From: a virus
Lineage: Duplodnaviria; Heunggongvirae; Uroviricota; Caudoviricetes
Strand: one strand, 5' to 3'
IMG/VR virus record: IMGVR_UViG_3300043410_000715
Location: 25,711-89,710 of that record
Length of the DNA stretch: 64,000 nt
This document shows positions 47,078 to 55,479 of the stretch, piece after piece. The first letter of the stretch is position 1, and every line of letters begins with the position of its first letter. The position numbers were made by a program, and so were the translations under genes. Under the pieces are notes generated by a model that saw nothing but the letters and a program-made list of their open reading frames with translations, did not search any database and was not told where the DNA came from.

Positions 47078-47097
47078 GTGCTACCGTTGTGTAGCAC
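47078..47097 (-). terminator. hairpin GTGCTAC-n6-GTAGCAC upstream of folE (possible terminator or attenuator)
   Basis: 7-bp perfect inverted repeat followed on the minus strand by ATTTCAATTTTCA. Confidence 0.3.
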
Positions 47098-47109
47098 ATG
47101 TATTTATAC

Positions 47110-47352
47110 TCAGTTGTCGAGTTCTTTAGAATTCCACTCTTTGATTACGGCGATCATTTCTTCTTCCGTGTTGCAAAGAATTTTACAATTCTTCCAATCT
47201 GAATCTGAATCACGACCTCCGATTTCTACCATAAAACCGTTATCATACCGATTGACACTGATAGATTCATTTACTTTTGCGAGTTTGTTTAGTTTTGACA
47301 TTTTATTTTGCCTTTGCTTCAGCACGTTCGTTTTTAGTTGCTGTAATTTCAT
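47110..47352 (-). CDS. hypothetical protein
   Basis: 80-aa ORF. Confidence 0.45.
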   Translation of the reverse strand: MKLQQLKTNVLKQRQNKMSKLNKLAKVNESISVNRYDNGFMVEIGGRDSDSDWKNCKILCNTEEEMIAVIKEWNSKELDN

Positions 47353-47494
47353 TACGGCGAGCCTTAACTGCCTTCGCTAATTCTGCTAGTGCTTTACGGG
47401 CACGTGTGCCTGCGGCATTGTTGCCCTTTTCAAATTTTTCACTCTCTGCTAAATATGCTTCCAAGTGTGTGTTGATATCGTTATGTGCGCTCAT
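47303..47494 (-). CDS. small basic histone-like DNA-binding protein
   Basis: 63 aa. KGNNAAGTRARKALAELAKAVKARRNEITATKNERAEAKAK. Confidence 0.45.
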   Translation of the reverse strand: MSAHNDINTHLEAYLAESEKFEKGNNAAGTRARKALAELAKAVKARRNEITATKNERAEAKAK

Positions 47495-47718
47495 TTTTTC
47501 TCCTTTGATTTACGCTTTGGTTTTGGTTTTGCTTTCGCTTCTTCTGTTTCTACAGAGGCAATTGCTTCTCTTACTGCTTCCAATAATGCTTCATCGTCCC
47601 AAACAAGTTCAGTTGAACCATCTTCAAAAGTCTTTACGGTCAGGTGTTGACCTTGACTAATTACGGGCCAACCACCTGATGGTTCGTTAGCCAATACTTC
47701 TTTTTTCTTTCGTGCCAT
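47491..47718 (-). CDS. hypothetical protein with Lys-rich C-terminal tail
   Basis: 75 aa. Ends in EEAKAKPKPKRKSKEKK. Confidence 0.45.
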   Translation of the reverse strand: MARKKKEVLANEPSGGWPVISQGQHLTVKTFEDGSTELVWDDEALLEAVREAIASVETEEAKAKPKPKRKSKEKK

Positions 47719-48224
47719 TATTCTTCCTCCTTAGTGCCTTCTTGTGGTCTAGTGAAGGGCCATTTTGCTCTTTCTTCTACAATAGGTGCAAGTTCAGGTA
47801 AGACTTCTTCTTCTGGTTGACCAGTGTGAATAATTTGTTCTTCGTCACCGTCGATGCGTTCAATGATTAAGTCGCAATCAATAATCATTTCAGTATCATT
47901 GCTATACCAACCGTGTTCTTCCAAATCAAATACAGAATTTTCTTCTAGGAATTCTTCTAGCCACGCTTGTGTTTCTTCATCACAACCGTCGAAATCATAA
48001 TCGTCCCAGCATCCATCAAATGTTTCTACAAGTTCAGTTTCATAGTCACAGTTATAGATATCTACACCTGCTTCAATGTCTGGGGGATTGTCATCATCTG
48101 TGTATACAGTAAACTCACCACCGCGCCAACCTGTTTCATAGATGAATGATTGTCCATCTTTAGTCCATTCTTGGCGCTCAATAATTGATTTCTTCCACTG
48201 GGGTTTTACGCTCCACTCAGCCAT
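47718..48224 (-). CDS. hypothetical highly acidic protein
   Basis: 168-aa ORF. Confidence 0.5.
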   Translation of the reverse strand: MAEWSVKPQWKKSIIERQEWTKDGQSFIYETGWRGGEFTVYTDDDNPPDIEAGVDIYNCDYETELVETFDGCWDDYDFDGCDEETQAWLEEFLEENSVFDLEEHGWYSNDTEMIIDCDLIIERIDGDEEQIIHTGQPEEEVLPELAPIVEERAKWPFTRPQEGTKEEE

Positions 48225-49134
48225 TTGTTGTCTCCTCTAAATCTGGATCGATACTAATTCCCTGCCACTCTTTAATTTTCACTTCTTCATCATTCCATGT
48301 CTTGATCCACTTATCACCAGTCCACTTTGCTTGATATGTATAACTATTCTTACCAGCAGTCTTTACATTATATATACCTTCACGGACTGGTTTGATTTTT
48401 TTAGGGAACCAGTCAGTCAATGGATAAACAATGTCATCCATGTTTGAATACTTCTCGTATCCCTTACCATCGTGCTTGTTAGAGCCTGCAATGTAGAAAC
48501 CAAAGTCTGAACTCTTGCCACTAGTGTCACCACCGTAGTTGTCAATTTGTTCATCGTTATAGTACACACCGGTGATGATTTCGTTACAATCAATCTCTGA
48601 ATATTCGAGTGAAAGTTTAGTGATATCGAAAGGAGATTTTAGTTCTAAGTGACCTTCATAGAACGTACCTTTCTCACTGCTTACTCCTAAGAATACAACA
48701 GTGCCTGGATCTTTCATGTCAATCCATATCTCGTCACCACCACGCCATTCAGGGCTATCTTCACTGTAACCATCAATGTTATCAGTACTGGCTTCATAAA
48801 CTACATTGTCGTTTTCGTCTAAGATTTGCAACGTGCCTGCGCCTCTGTCAACACCCCAGTGATGACCCATATCATCACAGTCATGCCATTGACCTGGATA
48901 GAATGGTTGCATATCTTCAGGAATTTGATTGTCATTAGCATAGTCACTATCCCAGGCATAGTCACTTATGTCAAGACGGCGTCTTTTGAAATAGTCGTAT
49001 ATTTTGCGGTCTACTGTACCCATCACATATTCACCACCATATCCCCACAATTGAATCTTGTAAGTACACGGAGTGAACTTTAAAATCTCAATGAGTTTTT
49101 CATGCTCAGGGTTTTTAACTACTTCTGTTGACAT
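48217..49134 (-). CDS. hypothetical protein
   Basis: ORF 48217-49230 trimmed to Met33, which sits 1 nt after the stop of the upstream glycosyltransferase (TAA-T-ATG). Confidence 0.5.
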   Translation of the reverse strand: MSTEVVKNPEHEKLIEILKFTPCTYKIQLWGYGGEYVMGTVDRKIYDYFKRRRLDISDYAWDSDYANDNQIPEDMQPFYPGQWHDCDDMGHHWGVDRGAGTLQILDENDNVVYEASTDNIDGYSEDSPEWRGGDEIWIDMKDPGTVVFLGVSSEKGTFYEGHLELKSPFDITKLSLEYSEIDCNEIITGVYYNDEQIDNYGGDTSGKSSDFGFYIAGSNKHDGKGYEKYSNMDDIVYPLTDWFPKKIKPVREGIYNVKTAGKNSYTYQAKWTGDKWIKTWNDEEVKIKEWQGISIDPDLEETTNG

Positions 49135-49135
49135 A

Positions 49136-50323
49136 TTAGTATTTGCTTTCTCTAGAATGTTTACGATAATCGGTTGACATACGAAGGTATTGTTCACCCT
49201 TCCCCTCAATGATATCACAGATACGGTCAATAGTCAAGTCAGTCCAGTCACTGATTTTACCCATGTTATCACTGGGCTTCTTCAATAACTTTTCAAGTTT
49301 GTCCAAAGCATCATCAATAGACCATGGTACGTAAAGTCTGGTATAATCATTTGCAAAAGTTTCTGGGAAACTCCTATAAGCAGGATACAACACATTGCAA
49401 CCAAGAGCGTCCGCTTCGGAAACTGTGTTACTAACCCAATCTTGTAAAGCACAGTTAAAAACAACACGACTATCATTGACAATATTATAGTAATCATTTT
49501 TGTTTAAATCCTCATGTAAAGTTAAGGTTCCTGCAGCCTGCATATTTCGGGTGCGTTGCATATAACTATCGTTGTTACTTTTTAATTTTGCACCTGAACA
49601 AATTGCAAACTCTACACCACTTCCAGGATGACGTTTGTGCCAAGCATCAATTAAATCCATATAGAAGTCTGGTTGTTTTTCTTGATCCCATCGTGCTGAG
49701 AACACGACACGATGTTTGCGTTCATTGAATGGTTTGATTGTACCAACTCGTTCAATTACTTCTTGTTTACCAAATGCTAGACCACTGATATTGTAGATTG
49801 GAACTTCCCAACCTGCAATCTTCATGTTCATGACCATTTCTTCGTTAGACGCAAGGATAGCACCCCCACTTTGACTGACAGCCTCACACACCATCTGTTC
49901 ATATAGCCCCATCCACTTGGACATCCCCCATACATGCACAAAGTCATCAGGGTCGATTGACTGAGCCAAGCATCTAACAAAAATCTTTGGACGATGCGAC
50001 TGAGGGACCTGATTAAGAATATAAGGCAAACTCTCAAAGCCTGGTTGAAACATATCTTCAAAGTAGATAACATCTTCACTTGTAACAATTCCTTCTTTCA
50101 TCCACTTGACCAATGTCATTAATTGACTCATGCCAAAATAACTACGACCATGTGCATCTAATACTTGACCTGTTACGATTTGTTGGTCTGTAGATAATGT
50201 TTCACCGGGTACTACTACATAGTCAATACCTCTACGCTTAAAGACACGCTCATTCCACTCTGTGAGTTGTAGAGTGTATCTTGCTTTGTAGGGTTCTAGA
50301 CCCATGTAATATAGTGTTCTCAT
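49136..50323 (-). CDS. glycosyltransferase (GT-B fold)
   Basis: 395 aa with two Rossmann-like halves. Overlaps the upstream nucleotidyltransferase by ATGA. Confidence 0.6.
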   Translation of the reverse strand: MRTLYYMGLEPYKARYTLQLTEWNERVFKRRGIDYVVVPGETLSTDQQIVTGQVLDAHGRSYFGMSQLMTLVKWMKEGIVTSEDVIYFEDMFQPGFESLPYILNQVPQSHRPKIFVRCLAQSIDPDDFVHVWGMSKWMGLYEQMVCEAVSQSGGAILASNEEMVMNMKIAGWEVPIYNISGLAFGKQEVIERVGTIKPFNERKHRVVFSARWDQEKQPDFYMDLIDAWHKRHPGSGVEFAICSGAKLKSNNDSYMQRTRNMQAAGTLTLHEDLNKNDYYNIVNDSRVVFNCALQDWVSNTVSEADALGCNVLYPAYRSFPETFANDYTRLYVPWSIDDALDKLEKLLKKPSDNMGKISDWTDLTIDRICDIIEGKGEQYLRMSTDYRKHSRESKY

Positions 50324-51096
50324 TCTTTTCTCTCAATATCTTCTTCTACACATTCTTCACCGTATTGTATTTCTACAATACGACAAGGAATTTCATATGG
50401 GTTAATTAACTGATGCCAATCACCTTTAGGAATATGTTTACTATGATGTTCATTTAATAACGTTACTGGCAAAACATAACCATTTGGCATCATGCTATTG
50501 ACATGACACATACCATGTGTAACTAGCCAATATTCATTACGCTTAAAATGTTTTTGCATACTAAGACGTTGACCAGGTTCAATTGTTAGTTCTTTAACTT
50601 TGCATCCTGATACTTCGTGTAGTATACGATAATATCCCCATGGTCGCATTATTTTAGGTTGCTTCCATTCTTGCAATATCCAAGAACTGGAATTCATTTT
50701 GTTTTCACCACCGACGCCGAAAACAAAATTAACATCATCAAATACCATTTCTGGAATGTTGTTTTTATTTCTATCGCCACCGTTAGCAAAAATGATTTCA
50801 TCATTTGGATACATCATTTTTACATTACGAATAGCTTCGATGCTAGAACCATCGTCATCGTTATAGATAACACAATGATCTACCATTTTTAAATTCTCAA
50901 TGATTGACATACGTTCAGCAATAGGCATAAAAGGTTGGCCCTTTTTACGAGCCAACCATGCGTCACTGTTTACGCCAACAACTAACTTGTCGCCTAACTG
51001 TTTTGCGGCTTTGAAATATTCAATATGACCGCTATGTAGTGGATCAAATCCACCAGTGACTAAAACTATTTTCATGGACGTGCGTGTTCCACCCAT
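50320..51096 (-). CDS. sugar-phosphate nucleotidyltransferase (RfaE domain II-like) fused to C-terminal cupin
   Basis: 258 aa. N-terminal TGGFDPLHSGHIEYFKAAKQLGDKLVVGVNSDAWLARKKG matches the RfaE II motif [40 protein letters not shown]. C-terminal cupin motifs (QKHFKRNEYWLVTHG). Confidence 0.7.
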   Translation of the reverse strand: MGGTRTSMKIVLVTGGFDPLHSGHIEYFKAAKQLGDKLVVGVNSDAWLARKKGQPFMPIAERMSIIENLKMVDHCVIYNDDDGSSIEAIRNVKMMYPNDEIIFANGGDRNKNNIPEMVFDDVNFVFGVGGENKMNSSSWILQEWKQPKIMRPWGYYRILHEVSGCKVKELTIEPGQRLSMQKHFKRNEYWLVTHGMCHVNSMMPNGYVLPVTLLNEHHSKHIPKGDWHQLINPYEIPCRIVEIQYGEECVEEDIERKE

Positions 51097-51278
51097 TGAT
51101 TTTTTACTGGTCTGCTAGTAGCAAACTTAGTAAATTGACGATACACATAACTCCGCTGATTGTATAAATCTGCTTCGTCATACTTATAACCATACTCTTG
51201 GCAAAAATCTAAATATTTGTCTAAATCGTCAAAGATTTGATTGACTTTTGCGTTGGGTTTGATTTGCGGTTTTGCCAT
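51072..51278 (-). CDS. hypothetical protein
   Basis: 68-aa ORF. Confidence 0.45.
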   Translation of the reverse strand: MAKPQIKPNAKVNQIFDDLDKYLDFCQEYGYKYDEADLYNQRSYVYRQFTKFATSRPVKNQWVEHARP

Positions 51279-51289
51279 TTTATTTTCCT

Positions 51290-51745
51290 TTAAATAGCGA
51301 GTTGTTGATAAGGTTTAGTTCTATTGTAATAAATCGTAGCGCCGTTCTCACCATCTTCGGAGACAGTAATCTCAATGTCACGATCGGGATATCGTTGTGC
51401 GATTTGATTGTATAAATCATCGCTCAACATTTCACAACTTTTGTAATCCAACTCTAGTGTGCCTTGAGAATATAACTTCTCTAGCCAACGCTTGAATTGA
51501 ATAAACTCAATATCCCTGTCGTTGTGAAATACTTCAATCGCTACATTAAAATGAAAGATGTGACGATGTGGAGTTCCTAAAAAGCTAACATCATATTCAT
51601 CACCTGTTGCAAGTGCTGGATCTGTTGCTGCCGCTGGGTACTTATGAATACCCTCTTTTTGAAATGTTACAAAAATCATACGTTTAGCCTGATGACTAAT
51701 GCGTTGCATTTGTTCAAATAATGCTTGTTCTCTTTGAATGTCCAT
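51290..51745 (-). CDS. hypothetical protein
   Basis: 151-aa ORF. Confidence 0.5.
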   Translation of the reverse strand: MDIQREQALFEQMQRISHQAKRMIFVTFQKEGIHKYPAAATDPALATGDEYDVSFLGTPHRHIFHFNVAIEVFHNDRDIEFIQFKRWLEKLYSQGTLELDYKSCEMLSDDLYNQIAQRYPDRDIEITVSEDGENGATIYYNRTKPYQQLAI

Positions 51746-51987
51746 TAATAATTCCTATTAAGTGTTGCCCATGTTAACCACTGATGAAATGCATTATACA
51801 CTCTTTCAGCTTCTTTTTCATCTTGAGGTACCTTAATACCTCTTACATAAAATCCGTCTTTATCAATACGCAGTTGTTCACCGGTACCCATATGAAACGT
51901 AATATTACTTTCGGAATCTACTGATAAAGCTCTGTCAATCATATTCATTTCCAATAAGGTCCCCATGCCCAACCAATTAATGACCAA
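51745..51987 (-). CDS. hypothetical protein
   Basis: 80-aa ORF. Confidence 0.45.
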   Translation of the reverse strand: MVINWLGMGTLLEMNMIDRALSVDSESNITFHMGTGEQLRIDKDGFYVRGIKVPQDEKEAERVYNAFHQWLTWATLNRNY

Positions 51988-52511
51988 CGTGTGCCTGACA
52001 CAATCGGTGTAATTTCGTGTGGGAAAAAAGTAGGAAATGAAATTACACTACCCTTTTTCAATTTATGTTTTATTCCCAAAACGTTAAATTCTCCACCTTC
52101 GTATTCGTCATCGTTCGTTAATTGTACACTTAACGTAATCTTCCTGTCTATACTTCCGGTTAAACTGTAATAATTATCTGTATGTCTACCGAAATAATCA
52201 CCTGATGTATAACGTTTTAATTCATATGGCTCAACAAAATCAATATCAACTTCAAAATGATTTCTTATTTCTTGCCAAACATCTTGTAAATTCTTATGCG
52301 CTTCGTTTTCTAACGGTAGCAAACAGGTATGAAAACTTACATCAAATAACTGAGTATACTTGTTTATGCCTTGTTTAACATTATCAGTGCCGAATTTAAT
52401 GATATCATCACACAGTGATGCATCAATCACATTTTCTTTAACAAAGATGCGTTTTTCTATATCCCAACTTATGTCAGGTTTAGGACTGTTTGGTATATTA
52501 TCTGTCATCAA
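51945..52511 (-). CDS. 2OG-Fe(II) oxygenase (prolyl-4-hydroxylase-like)
   Basis: 188 aa. HxD...H facial triad (HTDNYY ... FPHEITP). RxS-type 2OG contact (RWS). Confidence 0.6.
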   Translation of the reverse strand: MMTDNIPNSPKPDISWDIEKRIFVKENVIDASLCDDIIKFGTDNVKQGINKYTQLFDVSFHTCLLPLENEAHKNLQDVWQEIRNHFEVDIDFVEPYELKRYTSGDYFGRHTDNYYSLTGSIDRKITLSVQLTNDDEYEGGEFNVLGIKHKLKKGSVISFPTFFPHEITPIVSGTRWSLIGWAWGPYWK

Positions 52512-52707
52512 AATCTACTGTTTGGCTATCTTCATACTGCGCCCTACGTAGCAAACGCAATTGGTCAAGGTACTTATCTCTTGCTTCTAGTAATTTAGAT
52601 AATTTCTTAGTATCAACATCATCTGCTTTTTCTAGATTTGCAATTTGAATTTCAACTAAACGATATGATTCTTCTAACGTTTTAATTCGATTTTCATACA
52701 TAATCAA
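52498..52707 (-). CDS. hypothetical coiled-coil protein
   Basis: 69-aa ORF. Confidence 0.45.
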   Translation of the reverse strand: MIMYENRIKTLEESYRLVEIQIANLEKADDVDTKKLSKLLEARDKYLDQLRLLRRAQYEDSQTVDFDDR

Positions 52708-54275
52708 TTCTCCAATACATTTGCCATTTCATCATCACTATCTTCAATGATTTCATCTATCTCTGGATCATTGTTTTCAACTTCAAACAATTTATCAAAC
52801 ATAGTCATAGCATTGATAGTTTTCTTACCGCTGAACCCTTGACTACCTGATTGCATTTGTGTCCAGAAGTTAGTATGTTTCTCAATAATTGCAATACTAT
52901 CTTGTTTTGTTTTTTGTGAGAAGATTTCGTCTACGAGTTGACCAAATGTTTCGCCTGTGAATTTATCACGAACCATCTTAGGAACAATTCCTTGTTCATA
53001 TCTACGATTAGCTTCTTGCACTGCATTCATATGCATCCACACATTGTGAGATTGAATCAATGTGTAGCTTAATGTATCCCAGCTTGTTTTAGTTTCTTTA
53101 CCATGTTGACCAATAAAGCCTTTACCACGATAACACAAGTCCTTCATAACCATCATATCAGTGACTGGACTATCAGTAAACATTGTGTGGATGTTATCAG
53201 CTAAACATGCATCACGGTATTTACGCATGTCACCTGCATATGTTGTTGTCACGCCATAGTTTTTGTTTTCTGCTGTCTTTTCCATACTATATGACCACTT
53301 TTTATCGTGCTCAATGCTAGTGTTAAAATAAGCAAGACCTTTAGCCGCACTAAAGAAAGGACTAGCACAGTCAAATGTAATTTGTAATTTGGGATTGTGA
53401 TATTTACGAATTGCTTTTTGAATATCAGTAAACAACACAGCATACTCTAAAATTGACACACCCAAACAGTGAATCAAGTCATGTTTACCTTCTTGTAACA
53501 AGCCGTCATAAATGATATCTACTAGTCTAGTTAGCATCAAGTGAACGTCAATCTTATTTTGACCACCGAATGCCCAGCCATTAAAATGAGTATCAGGATA
53601 GATGTTTGGATCACAATACTTCTTCATCTCTGCATACCAATCTTCTGATTGTGTATGACTGCGACCTTGTAACACATTTAAGAACTTGCATTTACCATTG
53701 CGATTATTGATAAAATATTCATTGTTGATATGTGTAGCTTTAACAGCATCTTCAATAAATTGAATGCCGTGTGCTGATTTACCTGTCTTAGGATCCTTGA
53801 TATGATAAGTTGTCAATGATTGCGAAGGGATATCTAAACACATACCATAGTCCATGTATGTATCCATCCATGTTAACACTTCCTTGCGCTTTTTCATAGC
53901 ACGAGGGCAGTTGGGGTCTTTCCAATCAGCGGGCCATTGACATTTTAAAATTTGAAATCCACCTGAGTCTCCCAACATGAAAGTACCTTCTTCACGTTCT
54001 CTAATGATAGATTCATTGGGATCGTCTTTGGTAACATCTAAGTTAGCGTGACCAGCAGAATACAAGCCCCACTTGTATGTGTACAATCCTTCTTTGCTGT
54101 TTAAGAAGTTAAGTTTCTCAACGTCACCATTGAAACTGGCGGGAATACGTTCTTTAGGAAAATATTCCTCACCTTTACGTTGTTTACCTAAGCCAGCAAT
54201 ATAAAAACTACTGACTGCTGGTAAGAATAATGCCCAATCTGGATTTTGTTTTGCTGATAAATTATCTTGATTCAT
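52704..54275 (-). CDS. dpdA: DpdA-like DNA/tRNA-guanine transglycosylase family protein (oversized)
   Basis: 523 aa. Contains the TGT catalytic signature DSGGFQ (FMLGDSGGFQILKC). Lies in the cluster with folE, queD, queE and yhhQ. About 150-200 aa longer than typical DpdA. Confidence 0.65.
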   Translation of the reverse strand: MNQDNLSAKQNPDWALFLPAVSSFYIAGLGKQRKGEEYFPKERIPASFNGDVEKLNFLNSKEGLYTYKWGLYSAGHANLDVTKDDPNESIIREREEGTFMLGDSGGFQILKCQWPADWKDPNCPRAMKKRKEVLTWMDTYMDYGMCLDIPSQSLTTYHIKDPKTGKSAHGIQFIEDAVKATHINNEYFINNRNGKCKFLNVLQGRSHTQSEDWYAEMKKYCDPNIYPDTHFNGWAFGGQNKIDVHLMLTRLVDIIYDGLLQEGKHDLIHCLGVSILEYAVLFTDIQKAIRKYHNPKLQITFDCASPFFSAAKGLAYFNTSIEHDKKWSYSMEKTAENKNYGVTTTYAGDMRKYRDACLADNIHTMFTDSPVTDMMVMKDLCYRGKGFIGQHGKETKTSWDTLSYTLIQSHNVWMHMNAVQEANRRYEQGIVPKMVRDKFTGETFGQLVDEIFSQKTKQDSIAIIEKHTNFWTQMQSGSQGFSGKKTINAMTMFDKLFEVENNDPEIDEIIEDSDDEMANVLEN

Positions 54276-54673
54276 TAAGGTACCATTGATGGTTTATATT
54301 GCTCACCTTCGTTACCAGAACTTTTCAACAGAGTTGTTACCATTTTGATTTGGTCTTCTTTCTGCTTAATTTGTTCTACTAAGTCTTTGATAGCAGGATT
54401 CTTTTCGGCAAGTTGCTCACGTTCTATTTCTTCATTACGTTTCTGGCGAGCCCAGTTTAATAGTGATTCAACTTCCGGAGATAGACCAATGCTCATTGAA
54501 CCCATGTTTAATTGAATCCAAGTAGTACCATCAAATACTTCAGTCCTTTGACTTGTAGTATTGTATCTCATATTACCTACACCCTGAGCACCACTGTACC
54601 CATTCACATAAGTACTACCTGGGGCACCAGATACAACGACTGAGCTAGAAGATGAAAAGATATTACCTATCAT
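54275..54673 (-). CDS. hypothetical protein
   Basis: 132-aa ORF. Confidence 0.5.
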   Translation of the reverse strand: MIGNIFSSSSSVVVSGAPGSTYVNGYSGAQGVGNMRYNTTSQRTEVFDGTTWIQLNMGSMSIGLSPEVESLLNWARQKRNEEIEREQLAEKNPAIKDLVEQIKQKEDQIKMVTTLLKSSGNEGEQYKPSMVP

Positions 54674-55401
54674 TTTGCCTGTGCAGGGAGTAAGTAACGA
54701 TATGTTGCAATACCGCTGTTAACTGTGATTTCTGTAGCGCCAGCATCGCTAATGCGAACAGTTTTATCACCGACTAAGTCCATAATACTAATAAACTGTT
54801 TAACAGGCCACATCCATGCTTTGTTTAATGTTCCAGTAACACCTGGTTGAAACACAAAATTACCACTGTGTGTGCTTGGATCTCCGAAATAAATCTTTAA
54901 GTCAGAACCATCAGTTTTTGTAGTGAAGTGCGCTTCTTCGCTGTTTGCACTTGCTTGTTTCTTTAGACGCTGAATACCTGCAACAGTTGGTTCAAACTCA
55001 ACGTTCCATGCGGCACCTTTAAATACAACAACCTTCACTTTTTCTTCAACGATGTTTTTGTTCATCAATCGATAGTCGTTAACGAAACTACCGTCTTTAG
55101 TTTCAAAGTGAATTGTAGTTGGTACGTCTTCATTATCACGTTTTGTTTTAACAACATTAACAATAGATGTATCGTCATAATCATCAAAGCTGATGATAGT
55201 CTTAAGTTTGCTCAAGTTGGGCATACCGAAGGTACCTTCAAAGTCAATGATGGGAGTACTAAATGTACCAGAAACGATTACAGATTTATCTTCTGCAATT
55301 GCGTTGATGGTTGTTTCAGTTTGTGTACCAGTAACCTTGATTAGTTCGATACAGCCTAGACCAAATGTATGGTCGATTAAATCTTTTAAATAGTCTTTCA
55401 T
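54670..55401 (-). CDS. putative sliding clamp (gp45-like)
   Basis: 243-aa ORF immediately downstream of the DNA polymerase gene. Call rests on T4-type synteny and protein size. No strong motif. Confidence 0.4.
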   Translation of the reverse strand: MKDYLKDLIDHTFGLGCIELIKVTGTQTETTINAIAEDKSVIVSGTFSTPIIDFEGTFGMPNLSKLKTIISFDDYDDTSIVNVVKTKRDNEDVPTTIHFETKDGSFVNDYRLMNKNIVEEKVKVVVFKGAAWNVEFEPTVAGIQRLKKQASANSEEAHFTTKTDGSDLKIYFGDPSTHSGNFVFQPGVTGTLNKAWMWPVKQFISIMDLVGDKTVRISDAGATEITVNSGIATYRYLLPAQAK

Positions 55402-55432
55402 GTTTGTCCTTTGTGTTAAGTATTTAGGAAAG

Positions 55433-55461
55433 TATAGTGTGTATTATGATGGAATATATTG
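55433..55461 (-). promoter_or_regulatory. sigma70-type promoter TTGACT-N17-CATAAT
   Basis: Minus strand reads TTGACTTTCGCAATATATTCCATCATAAT, upstream of the clamp gene. Confidence 0.5.
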
Positions 55462-55479
55462 CGAAAGTCAACAGTTCAT

